In this document: piece by piece, positions 26,101-37,832 of the stretch
How positions within the stretch are numbered: position 1 is the first letter of the stretch
Layout of the letters: each line of letters starts with the position of its first letter
NCBI RefSeq assembly: GCF_000150275.1
Contig: NW_002060944.1
Span: 7,306,756-7,370,755 of the forward strand
Origin: Trichoplax adhaerens
Lineage: Eukaryota > Animalia > Placozoa
Length of the DNA: 64,000 nt
Direction of reading: 5' to 3'
The notes under the pieces: generated by a model
The model's input: only the letters and a program-made list of their open reading frames with translations
The model's database searches: none
Told to the model about the DNA's origin: nothing
Made by a program: the position numbers and the translations under genes

Positions 26101-29100
26101 CACTTAACCGTGCAATCATTGCACCATACTTTGCTGATTCCGATCTTCGAAGGCAAAGCGTATCTCATGTTTACTACCAGCAATACTTAAGCTACCAACA
26201 GACTCCAATATCAGATGAAATTCTCAGGAACGCTACTAATGATGTCAATCGATTTCAACAGCTAATGGCCAACGATACTAATAATGCCTTGTATGGTATA
26301 TTTCGGAAAACGGTGAACAACTTTACGGCAACTCATGTTGTTGTCATTACTTGGTACAAATTGGTCGCTTATCCATATTGGTATTACTGGAATCGCCTTC
26401 CTCGTGAGGTAAGCTCACTCTCTTAAGAATAGCGGGATACAGTAGTTACTTATTAAGGTTTTATCTTTAATAATTTATGAGGTAGTATCACTTTCAATAA
26501 TTAATTATTGATTTTGTGGTCAATTTTGCCTCTTTTAGTTATTTATAGTGCAATAATTGCGGACATGGATAAATTGTAGCGTTTATATTATATATATATA
26601 TATATATATTGTAGTTGCTAATTACCCCTTACGATTTTCTGTATAGTATAACACGTTTCAATTGGTATTGATATCAAATGGAAAGAATCTCTTCAGTTTG
26701 TTTAATTATGAAATTAACGGTTTCAACTGGTGGAAAAGAACCCCATGGATTAGAGCACGTATCGGTTATTCTTATGGATTGGCACCTTATTATTACGAAA
26801 TACCTTGGTCGCAAAGAAGAAATACAAAACTCCTCAGGATTGATCAATATCGAGGCAATACAGGAGAAATTGGCAAATGGGCTTTCCGAGTGGACGATCC
26901 CGATGTCCAACATGTTAATTACGCTACTCAGTGCAGTCGATGGTATAATGCGCAAGCATATTCTATTTACTATCGGCGATCATTACCAGCGTGTCCTTGC
27001 CGAGCAGCACAAGCTATTGCGGATCCCAGATTTAGATACAACCGAAGAACTGGTTGCGCTACATCTCGATTTTCTTTTCCAGGTTGGGGATGGCGGTGGA
27101 CATGGCCGTCGAGGTATAGCAACTTGTGGTCGAGACCGCCAAGGGTAATTGTTTTTCAAAATTGAAGATGGAACAAAGAAGAGCGTACGCTTGCAAATGT
27201 CATTCATTAACTTTTTTAATTTGACTATATCCCAAATTAGGTCTGGCAACGCTGTTGTTATTCTACAAATAGAAATAGGGCAGGCGCATTAATACGTTCC
27301 TATCCGACGGGCAGCTCATTTGTTTATGTTACGCGTTCCCTTCGGCTAGCTGATGAAGAAGCTTATAAAGCATGCTGTAAACTATCGCGTTTATGCAACC
27401 TGTATCAGAATAGAAGACCAATTGATACTTGTAGAAATTACAGGCCACCTCGTTGGTGTAAGTCTACTATTTACTGTACTATATATAGTGAAATATCTTC
27501 TCTCCAGTTGCTCATCAGTTCTTGATATGGATATATCATAGATTAATACGCCTCCAATTCACCTGTCTGTACTTATATTCTTAGAGGCAAATTTAGTTAT
27601 AAAACTGTCCTTTTATCACTGATGTAATTTCTTAAATATATGTTATAGCGTGGATGTGGGGTGATCCACATATTCAAACACTAGATGGTAAATCATATAC
27701 ATTTAATGGCGTTGGAGAGTACACATTGTTAGAATCGGATAACAATTTCTTCACACTTCAAGGACGTACTAGAAGGCCTTACATTACGAATACGACGCAG
27801 TTGGCTAAAGGAAGTGTTTTTTCAGCTTTTGCTATGTCTAAAAATGATTCAGATACTGTTGAAGTAAAGCTAAATGCCATTACTAATACAGTTACAATCA
27901 CTGTAAATAAAAATTCTACCTACAATGATACCCATCTCCTCAATGACACTGTGTTATCGTTCAACAATCTTGAAATATCCAAACAGGACACGAAATATTT
28001 AGTTTCATTTACATCTGGTATAACGGCGGAGATTGAGATAGTAACTAAAACACTGGTCATTTCACTTGTAACTTCTCAATCAATATTTGGAATCACCAAA
28101 GGACTATTAGGAACTTTTAACGGCAATGTAACAGATGATTTCTTGCGTCCTGATGGAACTTACCTCAACATTAATGCTACAGACCGAGAAATTTATCATC
28201 AATTTGGCCAGCTATGTAAGTCCATTAAATATTTAAATCTCATATGCATATCTTTATTTTGCATAAAGGCTTTTCTGCAACCTATTGCAACGATATAATA
28301 TAGTGATTCAATTATTTTGTATTCATGCCTCATCTGGGAAGCTATTTTGCCTCGATCTATATGTAAATTTAACAAATTTTCAAGCCTATTATACTACTGT
28401 ACTATAAGATGCAGATTACCCTTACATTCTAAATCATATAGACTCAATTTGCACATAATAAGGTGGTTTTCGGAGTCTTTTCCATTAGTAACGCTATAAT
28501 GCCCTACAACCTTACTTTCAGCTCTTATATGTAGAACAAATGTCTCTACAATCTAAGTGGGGAAGCAATCAATCTGAATAAGCAACAAGATAGTAAGATT
28601 TAACTTCGTAAAGTAGTCTTCCTCGTACACCTTAGCAATAACGAAAAGTAACTTTACTTACCGATATCCAAGCTCTTTATTAATAGCTACTGTATGAAGA
28701 TTACATACATCCTCTTTAACCACGCCTTAATCCTTTTATGGTAGTTATACAGCATACACATTATCGTTAAATCGAAAATAAAATTGAAACACTCATACAA
28801 TAGTAGTTACTTCGAAAAATTTTCCATGTTTTCCTTTTCTAGATAGGCTCTTCACCTAATTACGTACAGTATTACCTTTTCGCAAATAGCAGGGTCTTGC
28901 TATCAACAACATCAGTATGACTTTAATATACTTCTGGTATTAGAAAATGGTGTAGATATTCAGAATTTTTCAAGGTCCTATTTGGATGTAACTTTTTAGA
29001 GTAATTGGCATTTTATTATGACTATTTGCATTATGTAATGTTATAATCCTGCCTCAAATTGTTATTACCCCTTGATATTTACATGTAGTTCCCTAGGATA

Positions 29101-32100
29101 AAGAATTGTCATCACCTGTTAATTTCAACATGAGTTCTAGTAGTAGACTGAACGTTCTCTTCATAAAAAATTGCGCCTAGTTATTATTATCAGTGATGCT
29201 TATACGGTAATAGCTCATTTATCTCGTTTTAATTGGTCGTCCGACAAGGCAATACGCTACTTGCGGTTTTTTAACGAATTAAATTTTTATGGTATCTCTA
29301 CCTATTTTTAGTATATTCGAAACTTGATGATTTACTGCATATTCTTCTATTATGCATGGTTTTATTCATCCATGCATTAGTTAAAGTTTAGAATCTTTTT
29401 TCACATACTCTTAATCATCAGGCTGTTAATGTTATCTAATAAGCCTCTCAACGTATGCCTTGAAACTAGTTATATTAGATCGATAATGCGATTTAATGTT
29501 GCTTTTTGTCATGCTTTGACTTTAGGGCAAATAAATGCGAGCTCATCATTGTTTAGTTACTCTCCTGGTATGGGAACGGGCAACTACAGCGATCCATCTT
29601 TTATACCAAACTTTTCCAAGGATATTAACGTGATATTCGAAAATAATACAGAGATTCGCGATCAAGCAATTCAATTATGTAAAGGTGACAGCGCTTGTCT
29701 CTTTGACGCTGCGGAAACTCTAAGTATTCCAGTCGCTGTTAGCGGTAAGAACATTTCACAAGCTATTGCGACCACTCAAGCTGATATAAGTAAGTCTTTA
29801 TATGCCAATAGAAGATTTTTAATAATCACTTTTTGTCACTGCAATAAACGATATCAATTCAAATTTACAGTTGTTTTCCCGCCTACAATAACTGGTCAAA
29901 GTATTTTTAATGTTACCTATGGACAGACTTTTACTACAACATTAAATGCTACTGATCCTAATGGCAAGGAAACATTAACGGTGACCTCGGTTAATTTACC
30001 CCTTGGTGCGTCAGTTGACAATCAAACAAATACCTTTACTTGGGATGTTAGTACATACGAGAATTTGTCCTTCGAGTTTGCTGTTACCAATTCCAAAAAT
30101 TTATCAGCTATTTTCAAACCATCTGTTGTTATGTGCTATTGTGCCAATAACGGAACGTGTCAGTACGAGTAAGTTTTTGTGATAATCCCTTGAATAGATT
30201 GAACAATTGTTTCCCTTAATGAAATAACGAATAAATATATCGATTAATTGCGGCATGAATATTGATTACAACAAGATTTAAGAATAAAGAATTATTAGGG
30301 AACGTCTAGTTTTACTGTTTTTAATATTTTTATGGTACCGCAATATCTTGCTACTGCTAATTTGATGACTTTGACATTGACATACGGCTTTATAGCTAAC
30401 GAAAGCATGAAATTAATATTAACGCCTTTTCTTTGCAATTTCCATTCTTGAAGCGTCGAGTTTGTAACTATAAATGATACAGGATATGCTGTATGCCAGT
30501 GTAGCGCAGGATGGGTTGGTACATTTTGTACTGAAAGACTAGATGAATGTGCTGGTAGTCCTTGTTATGAAAATGTGACCTGCACCCTGGTACCGGCGCC
30601 TGGTATCGGATTTACGTGCGGACCATGTCCTGGCGGTTTGCAAGGCGATGGAGAGAAATGTTTCGGTAAGTAAATATATACCGTAAGCTTACCTTTTAAA
30701 TCACCTTATAACTTTTGGTTAATGTATCGTTAGATAATTGACGTAATGAAAATCATGTTAGGTCCTACTGAATTTTTGCTTTGTATATAGCTAACGGCAT
30801 AAATTATATACAACTTCATGCCAGCTAATCTCAGCTATACTTTGCTATGATTTATGTGCTGTACTCATCAAGACATTAATGAATGCGAAACTGGAGACAA
30901 TCTTTGCAACCAGACTTGCATTAATACGGTTGGTAATTATTCATGCCAATGTCAAGCAGGATTTGAACTTGATACAAACAATTTGGACTGTAAAGGTATT
31001 CATCAAGTAATATTTCGGTATCGACCCATCTATTAAATATGCTTATTAGTGTGGTAGTCAGGCTCTCTATGATACTCCAGCTAGCTGTACTAACCTAAAA
31101 TTCGTTGCATAAAACTTTGATGCTCTTTCGGTAAAACTTTAGGACTTAATAATATCTTTTGTTTTAATAGTTTGTATATCTAACTTTCTATCATCTAGAT
31201 ATTGATGAATGTGCCATCACTCAACGCTGTCATCAAATCTGTATCAACGATTATGGTAGTTATAGTTGCGAATGCAGACCAGGATATACATTAAATAGCG
31301 ATAATAAAACATGCTCACGTAAGTTATAGCTTTCGTAAATCGATTAGGTACTTATTTATATGATAAGATTTTTATTTTTTTGCTCTTTAGCCATTGTAAC
31401 ATGCAATTCTACCGCAAGCAATTGCACACAGTTATGCGCTGTAATCAACAATACGATTACTTGTAGTTGCAATCTTGGATATAGCTTAGCCGCAGATCAA
31501 GTCACCTGCATAGGTATCAAAATATGCATGATATTTTAAAGCATAGAGTTTATAACAGTAAGAAAATTAGATCATTTAATTAATCTTTTCTCAACATTCG
31601 TGATGCAAGATGAAAATGAATGTGAGAACAACCCTACAATTTGTGCAGATAATTGTACTAATACAGAAGGTAGCTACTACTGTAGCTGCCGCACTGGCTA
31701 TCAACTTAACACTGATAGGAGAACTTGTCGAGGTAATGAACAGCAATAAGAATATTTTTAGTTCTGACGTTACGTGCAGGTTACGAAAAGATCTGACGTA
31801 ACAAGACACTGCGGTACTGCTTAACATCGAGCATGATGTAATTCTTATCATTTTGATTATTGCTTGGCAATATTTCAGATATCGATGAATGTAGCAATAG
31901 TGGATTATGTCCGAGCAATTCCATCTGTGTTAATAGCCTCGGCTCTTTCAGCTGTGATTGTGTCGAAGGTTTTATTGCTACTGGAGGAATTTGTCAAGGT
32001 AGAATTAGGATTTGGTTAACATTTCGTACCGTCAAATTGACAAATTGCGTATTTCGATAAAATCTTCATGAAATTGATTTGGGCTTCACTTGATTGTAGA

Positions 32101-35100
32101 TATCGATGAATGTATCCGTCCCGATCTTAATCTTTGCAGTCGTAATGCAATATGTGTAAATTTTGCTGGTAGTTACAATTGTTTGTGCGATAGTGGTTTT
32201 CAGGGAAATGGTATCATTTGTGCAGGTTTTAATAACAGTGATTTTATATCTGTTCTAGTTTTTTAACGAAACTGCGAATTGAGCAATGCTTTTTAATTTT
32301 CTTCCGTTACTCTATAAAGATATCAATGAGTGCAATAACGCTAACATATGTGCAAAAGAAACTACTTGTAATAACCTCGTTGGTAGTTACCAATGTATTT
32401 GTAACAACGGATATACTGGAAATGGAACTGTTTGTACCGGTAATTTTATTGCTCGATGTCGATATTATTTTTACTCCATAAAATAGCCTTCATTAAGTTA
32501 ATAGGTTACTGCAAGAGTCTGGTTCTTATCTCTAATTCTAAATTTATCGATGACGGATTTATTAGATATCAATGAATGCGATAATTCGTCAAGTTGCAGA
32601 AAGGAGGAAATTTGTCACAATACTCTGGGTAGCTATTACTGCACTTGTAAAAAAGGCTTTTATACAAAACGAAGCCCAAATGCTACCACAACAAGTTGTC
32701 AAGGTAATTAAAATTTAAAATAGTTGAAAGCGCTAAGCTATTGCTACATTTATGAAGTATATGAAATGTTGAGAAATGCATCTTTTGCAAAGGAACTAAT
32801 TACAATCCCATGATTTCTACAGTAAATTACGGTCAACTTCGATATATTAATTTTGGCATCAATCAGATACTTTTAAGATGAAATATATAATTAGTGAAGA
32901 TAAATACGAAAAATTAGAGGCGTTAATTTCGTTATTTGTTTCGTTTTGTTGTATGTAGCACGAATATCTTAGTTTCACCGTATGTTGTAACATCGAATAT
33001 ATACAGGCATACTTAAAAGTTTTCGGCGCAGGCGCTCATAGTGGACGTATAAACTTAGCATTTTCTGCGATTTTACGTATAATAAAATCATAGGTCTAAT
33101 AAAGTAATCTGTAATCATTAAAACTTTGGCTAAATGTATTTCCTTTTCGCTAATAATTGCAATACTGATAGGGTCACGTGCCCAACTACATTATACTGTT
33201 TGTAGACTTAATAAATCAAAGAAAGTAGAGTGAATTCTGCAATGATATCATATATATTAGGATAGTAATGTAAAGCCACTGAGCGCACTTTTGCATAGGC
33301 TTGAGTATTTACGGATCTTTTCTCGACTTAGAAATCCGGTAAAATTAATAGGATACTAACGATAGTGATAATAATCGCTAATTAGGAATAAAATTATGCT
33401 TAGCATAAGTGCAAGCGCGAATAAATTTGGATTTTTTTATCTCAATACCTAAAACTTAAAATTCCCTTATTAGCTGGCTTATACTACACTGGATTAATCA
33501 TACTTAATGGTACGTTTACAACTGACCTGAACAATCCCCTCAGTCAGGCATATTTATCATTAACATCCGAAGCTTATTCCAAGGTAAAAACTTATGATTA
33601 AATATTACCTTCAAGAGGTCATTTTTACAAATATTAAGCGGTGCTTCATAACTACCATTGACATTTTCAAATCGGTAAATTAATTCTTGATGTTTTGCGT
33701 AGGTGAATGCAGCCTTAATGGTAGACGTTAGAACACAGTATGCGGTTCAGCAAGTCACAATTGTTAATTTGAGGTAAAACTATTTATATGGTCAACTTAG
33801 CTGTATAATTACTATTTTATGATACAAATACTTATCTAAGAATTGTTTTATAGTTAGCAAGTATGTAAGAATTTATAATAAATATCATAACACTTCAAAA
33901 TTTCTCTTACCATTTATCCAGGCTAGGAAACGGAACCATACTTATCGATCTTTCTGTGACGCTATTACAAAATTCTACGTTTGTGACGCTGCAATTATTA
34001 GATGTTATCACTGGTCAGAGCGTCAAGCAAATTCGCAGCTATCCTGTTCAATCAATTATTTTTCAAGGTATTCTATTAAAATGAATTTAAATTAATATAC
34101 AAAATTTATTTTTATCGAAGTTACATAAATTACACATCTATGTGAATCCGTATTAACCGGAGAATATAGAGTTCGATCTATTTTTTTTATAAAGTAGATC
34201 GATAGTTTGTGGATTCTACAGTAACAGGTTTAGACGAATTTTAATTGTCGATTACGAATAACGTGGTTTTCTTCGTACTTTGTACTTCTACAGGATATGT
34301 CTAAGATACTTAATACACTCTATAGTGTAAATGCTTGCATATACTTATATTCACACAGATACGTAATCTGTACTAGGAAAAATAATAGTAAATTCAATCA
34401 GACCACCCTGAGCTTTTATAGTATAGTAGACAATCATTCAATAGTTGTAAAGCATCACGGTAACACCGTTTATCTTCCTTTATTCATATGACATAAAAAT
34501 TTAAGTAATTAAAAATTAATTAAATTTATCAAAACCATAGGTATGTAAATCGTACTCTACGATGTATACCTATCGTCCATAACTCTAACAATCTTGATCG
34601 TACTTCATATGGTATACTGTTCAATAAAGGATAGAATAATCTGCTGGTATATGGCTGTAGTGTATTAAGACATACAGTTTTACACTACATACTATCACTG
34701 TATTGCATACACAAAACTACTGTAATTAGCTGAAATCACTACAATGGTGCTACTCATTTTGCAATAGTAGCTAGTAGATATGAGGCTTACAATAATTTAC
34801 TTCCAATACTAGCGATGGACATGAATACTAAGCTCAACATGACAGTACTTTTGTAAAATAAAAACCAATTTTTCGATTAAAAAAACTGAGCGACGTCGAC
34901 TTAATTATTGGAATAAAAATTCATTTCTATAGATTACAATCAATGCGCTGATCCGCAGGCCAATTCATGTTCCAATCTACAAAACTGCACTCAAAAGCGC
35001 GGCTCATTCGAATGTCATTGTATTTCTGGCTATCAACTAGACTCTCAAACCAATCAATGTCAAGGTAGATAGTTGTGTAGCTTTGAAGCCATTGTCGTAT

Positions 35101-36514
35101 TTATTAACCCTTCTATTATGTTGTAGTACTTATAATGATTATATTACTACTGATTTGTATCATCTTCATTTGGTCGTGAAGATATGTATTAAGGTTTCAC
35201 ATTCGTCTTTTATAAATGTAATATCTAGATATCGACGAATGTTTGAATTCTTCCACCCTTTGTGCAAATAATTCTGCTTGTTTAAACACTGTTGGTGGAT
35301 TTCGGTGTCAGTGTGAAAACGGATATAGTGGTGACGGCATTACAGGATGCACATGTAGGTTCATCTTTTATGGACTTCTTAATGTACACTGTACAGATCT
35401 AATAATCTGTACTAATTGATCCTTATTACAATGGTTTATTATAGTTTCATGTCCGAGAGACCGGTGTCAAAATGGTGGAACTTGTTTCTATTCTAATGGT
35501 ACCTTCCTTTGCAAGTGCGTAACCGCTACAATTTTAACGTTAAGCAATTAGGCGATGGTAACTTACTGCTATTTACTTTGATAGAAGATGAGCATAACGT
35601 AAATTATATTTATTTCAGTTGCTTAACTGGATTCGATGGTCCGTCTTGTGAGAGTACGAATCTGCAATTTAGTAAGTGTTGAGATCATTAAGATCGCAAA
35701 TATCATACTGGAGATAGCGAACTGATATTAAAATTCTTATTATATTGACTTATGATATTAGCTTCTCAAACCATTATCATCGCCATCGGTTCAGCTGGAG
35801 GGATTTTAATATTACTTTTAATGTTAATTGTTATTGGTCTTTGGTATCGTCGTCGGAAAGAGTACGTAAATATAAGCTTTGTAAATATATTAATTTGTAT
35901 ACTAGTTTCAGCGAGAATCATCTTTGTATTTTACTTATGGATTTATTGCCAGTGTATTTGATTTGCGATATACTATCCGTATACAAAGATAAATACAACC
36001 GTAAGATATTTTTCGTAACTATGTAGCTATCTCTATGTCATTTCTCGGTAATCTTATTTAAATATGAGTAGTCCCATACCAATTTTATGTACGAATGACA
36101 ATTAAAAACTCCGTATATGTAGACTTTCGCAATTTTCATAGTTATCTGACCTTGTTTAATATTTGTACTACTGCTAATTCGTGATATTATTTATAATAAT
36201 GAATTACTTTTAATTTTTCCGGTCTTAGCGCAAAATATAAAATAGACCCACCGGATGAGAGCAACGATTTCGACTCTTTTACCGATAGTGAATCAAGCCA
36301 GGAAGAGGTTGCCGTTCCCCTTCGGCAACACAGTCAGAAACCAGAAAGACAAACAGGAAGTATTATAACCCTATTTACAACACAGCCGAGTAAAAGTAGA
36401 CCAACGGATATTAGGACTGTTAGAATATCAGAGATAAATGTCGCGCAAGAACGAGGGAAACCGGAAGAAATAGATGAAGATGATGATAAAGAAGTGATAG
36501 CAAATGTCCTGTAA
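14014..36514 (+). CDS. Gene B: MUC4-like giant transmembrane mucin (SP-PTS-7xEGF-NIDO-AMOP-VWD-Ig-like-10xEGF-SEA-3xEGF-TM-tail), about 49 coding exons, about 3,670 aa
   Basis: Manually spliced model whose exon lengths sum to a multiple of 3 if acceptors 17152 and 23783 are used. N-terminal exons: 14014-14110, 15398-15463, 16854-16925, 17153(or 17083)-17632, 17958-18041, 18143-18364, 18551-18799, 8 repeat exons, 22122-23630, 23784(or 23744)-23900. Later exons are given in the domain features. First in-frame stop is TAA at 36512-36514. Confidence 0.88.
14824..15320. repeat. Four degenerate copies of a 130-145 bp unit in gene B intron 1
   Basis: Core gt(t/c)acagatcctagagt(t/c)gtttcactacagtaat at 14824, 14959, 15104 and 15233. 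Confidence 0.8.
18551..22216 (+). repeat. Gene B exon+intron tandem array: 401/402-bp unit = 321-nt phase 1-1 exon (107 aa, S/I/T/D/E-rich) + 80/81-nt intron
   Basis: Eight full exons start at 18909, 19311, 19712, 20114, 20515, 20917, 21319 and 21721. A diverged 3'-half copy lies in exon 18551-18799 and a 5'-partial copy opens exon 22122-23630. Every unit has tag|AC and CAG|gttag sites. Confidence 0.95.
23210..23488 (+). repeat. Three 93-bp (31-aa) intra-exonic mucin repeats
   Basis: [31 protein letters not shown] units start at 23210, 23303 and 23396. Confidence 0.92.
24041..25639 (+). CDS. Gene B N-terminal EGF array (1 EGF + 6 calcium-binding EGF, one per exon)
   Basis: Exons 24041-24190, 24408-24530, 24634-24756, 24884-25006, 25089-25208, 25288-25410 and 25514-25639. 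The last six fit the DI(N/D)EC...CxNxxGS(Y/F)xCxC consensus. Confidence 0.92.
25736..27457 (+). CDS. Gene B NIDO and AMOP domains
   Basis: Exons 25736-25863 (RLYPYG), 26031-26408 ([16 protein letters not shown]), 26647-27144 ([29 protein letters not shown]) and 27241-27457 (QRCCYS, CC...C...[13 protein letters not shown]). These are typical NIDO and AMOP motifs. Confidence 0.9.
26589..26608. repeat. (TA)10 microsatellite
   Basis: Perfect TA run in an intron. Confidence 0.9.
27649..30168 (+). CDS. Gene B VWD domain with GDPH site, then a Cys-containing segment and an Ig/cadherin-like beta unit
   Basis: Exon 27649-28215 reads [24 protein letters not shown]...[21 protein letters not shown]. 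Exon 29526-29789 has [10 protein letters not shown]. Exon 29871-30168 has PPTITG...NATDPNG...[16 protein letters not shown]. Confidence 0.92.
30454..32703 (+). CDS. Gene B central EGF array (10 EGF)
   Basis: Exon 30454-30665 completes one EGF and encodes another. Single-EGF exons follow at 30873-30995, 31199-31318, 31391-31513, 31610-31732, 31879-31998, 32100-32225, 32320-32439 and 32566-32703. Confidence 0.92.
33474..34067 (+). CDS. Gene B SEA domain
   Basis: Exons 33474-33583, 33703-33773 and 33922-34067 give [27 protein letters not shown]...[20 protein letters not shown]. The FxxDLxNxxSxxYxxL pattern is the SEA signature. Confidence 0.85.
34933..36514 (+). CDS. Gene B juxtamembrane 3xEGF, TM helix and cytoplasmic tail
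   Basis: Exons 34933-35064, 35229-35354, 35445-35514, 35619-35671, TM exon 35762-35861 ([29 protein letters not shown]) and tail exon 36229-36514. Confidence 0.87.
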
Positions 36515-37357
36515 GGAGCTAATAGTGAAGCACGTGCAGTGATGGAAGATGATAATCTAGGAAAAACGAAAAATGTGGAAAGTGTTACAATTACAATAGA
36601 GGATAAGGATTAAGGCAATGGGGCCTCAAAATTTTAATGAAACATTAAGACAATACGAATAAACTAGAAAAGGGTATCAGTATAGAAGTGGCTCTTAAAA
36701 AATCAAATGAAAAGTCAAAGTTAAGAATGAAAAGGTATTTAGATATGTGTAAGTAACGATTAATTATATATAATTATCATCAAACGAATATCGCAGGAAT
36801 CAACACTAATCGAGAGCATCGCCATATACAGATCTAGATATATAGCATATTCATATCTAATTTTGTATAGATTTACTATGAAAGGTTATACTATGTTAAT
36901 ACACTAAAGCTCGGATAGAAAGTATCAAGTTTATGAACTGTTTTAATTTTTAATAAGAAATTGTTTAGCGAAAAATTATCCTGTAGCTACTAAAATTAAA
37001 CTAATACGGTGACAACATTTAAATCACTAATCCTAATTTAATTTCGTTTCTATTGGCAGAACGTTTAGTTACGAACTATTATTGTACATTAATGACTGAT
37101 ATGTCAAATTCTGTTACGCGCTATAAAAGTTTTATTAATATGCCATAAAATAAGCAAAACTATTGCATGTAAGATGGTAGCTATAAGTACTGCAATCTTA
37201 TTTTTACATACTAATTTGAAAATCGTATTAAAATTGTGGCATTTTGTAATTTTTTCAATACTTTATTTCTCAATTTCACTCCTATTATATAAGAATCTAC
37301 CTGTTCATAGCTAACGCGAAATATAAATTTACAAGTGACAAGTCTTAGAAGAAGACA

Positions 37358-37832
37358 NNNNNNNNNNNNNNNNNNNNNNNNNNNNNNNNNNNNNNNNNNN
37401 NNNNNNNNNNNNNNNNNNNNNNNNNNNNNNNNNNNNNNNNNNNNNNNNNNNNNNNNNNNNNNNNNNNNNNNNNNNNNNNNNNNNNNNNNNNNNNNNNNNN
37501 NNNNNNNNNNNNNNNNNNNNNNNNNNNNNNNNNNNNNNNNNNNNNNNNNNNNNNNNNNNNNNNNNNNNNNNNNNNNNNNNNNNNNNNNNNNNNNNNNNNN
37601 NNNNNNNNNNNNNNNNNNNNNNNNNNNNNNNNNNNNNNNNNNNNNNNNNNNNNNNNNNNNNNNNNNNNNNNNNNNNNNNNNNNNNNNNNNNNNNNNNNNN
37701 NNNNNNNNNNNNNNNNNNNNNNNNNNNNNNNNNNNNNNNNNNNNNNNNNNNNNNNNNNNNNNNNNNNNNNNNNNNNNNNNNNNNNNNNNNNNNNNNNNNN
37801 NNNNNNNNNNNNNNNNNNNNNNNNNNNNNNNN
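37358..37832. other. Assembly gap (475 N)
   Basis: Run of n characters between genes B and C. Confidence 0.99.

Noticed and set aside
26678-27148. 156-aa alternative-frame ORF overlapping the NIDO/AMOP exon
   Set aside because: No recognisable motif, and the ORF track shows no equivalent in the paralogous gene C exon.
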